From: a bacterium
GTDB lineage: Bacteria; Bacteroidota; Ignavibacteria; UBA10030
DNA length: 63,259 nucleotides
Assembly: GCA_043803945.1 (NCBI GenBank)
Contig: JAZDJN010000021.1
Coordinates: forward strand, 1 to 63,259
Direction of reading: 5' to 3'
In this document: positions 62,857 through 63,259 of the stretch, one piece after another
How the letters are laid out: every line of letters begins with the position of its first letter
Numbering within the stretch: position 1 is the stretch's first letter
Notes under the pieces: generated by a model
Databases searched by the model: none
What the model was told of the DNA's origin: nothing
Seen by the model: only the letters and a program-made list of their open reading frames with translations
Program-made: the position numbers and the translations under genes

Positions 62857-63121
62857 TCACCCATTCACAACATTGATTGGCGCACCAGCGAGATACGCTC
62901 GAATGTTCTCTGCTGAACGGCTTATGAGTCTGATGCGTGCTTCAACACTCGCCCAACCGATATGCGGAGTGAAGAGACATCGGGGTGCGCTAAGAAGAGG
63001 ATTCGAACCGGGCGGCGGTTCTGAACTGAGAACATCGACTGCCGCCCCTGCAAGCCGCTGCTCGATCAATGCTTGCGCCAGAGCTTCTTCATCCACCAGA
63101 GCACCGCGGGAAGTATTAATA
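62857..63121 (-). pseudogene. C-terminal fragment of a D-2-hydroxyacid dehydrogenase interrupted by an insertion
   Basis: INTSRGALVDEEAL, GAAVDVLSSEPP, FTPHIGWAS; homology stops at the family A IR. Confidence 0.85.
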
Positions 63122-63259
63122 ACTGATGTTACGCAAAAATAGGTTTTGCGGTCCAATCGATCGGTTGAAGAGATCTCAAATGCTTGAATGCGGTTTTCAG
63201 TGCATGTAAATGCAGATTGAGTTTTAACCCTTCATATGAGACCGCGGTTATTCTGTGCA
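63122..63259. mobile_element. End of a family A element (MITE or parent IS), truncated by the window edge
   Basis: ACTGATGTTACGCA is the reverse complement of the family A right IR; the adjacent flank reads TATT on the minus strand. Confidence 0.75.

Overview
A 63-kb bacterial chromosomal segment. Gene content (T9SS C-terminal-domain proteins, a DUF5103 protein, the LmbE/SSS cluster) suggests the Ignavibacteria/Bacteroidota-Chlorobi group; this is an inference. It begins inside an IS630-type element and ends inside a second IS/MITE-like element. Genes include a Mg2+ uptake cluster (MgtE-N/CBS protein, NRMT-like NRAMP, CorA), a degenerate split 3-hydroxyacyl-CoA dehydrogenase pair, a DUF1573-rhodanese-MauE module, two large secreted proteins (a beta-helix protein with dockerin plus cohesin, and a three-cohesin scaffoldin-like protein), a DUF350/GspS-like ATP-grasp/RS-tail/DUF1517 operon, two MacAB-TolC-like exporter operons with the same ECF-type promoter (GAAAC-N16-CGTCTA), CCA enzyme, an RlmI-like methyltransferase, an ECF sigma/anti-sigma/DUF4097 operon and an apparently intact group II intron. 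The most notable items are: (1) a compact non-IIC group II intron with a GUACG 5' end inserted in the arm of a palindromic repeat; (2) a putative T9SS-exported cohesin-dockerin complex; (3) the GspS-like peptide-ligase system; (4) a nested hierarchy of miniature elements in intergenic DNA. All family calls come from motif recognition by eye; no database searches were run.
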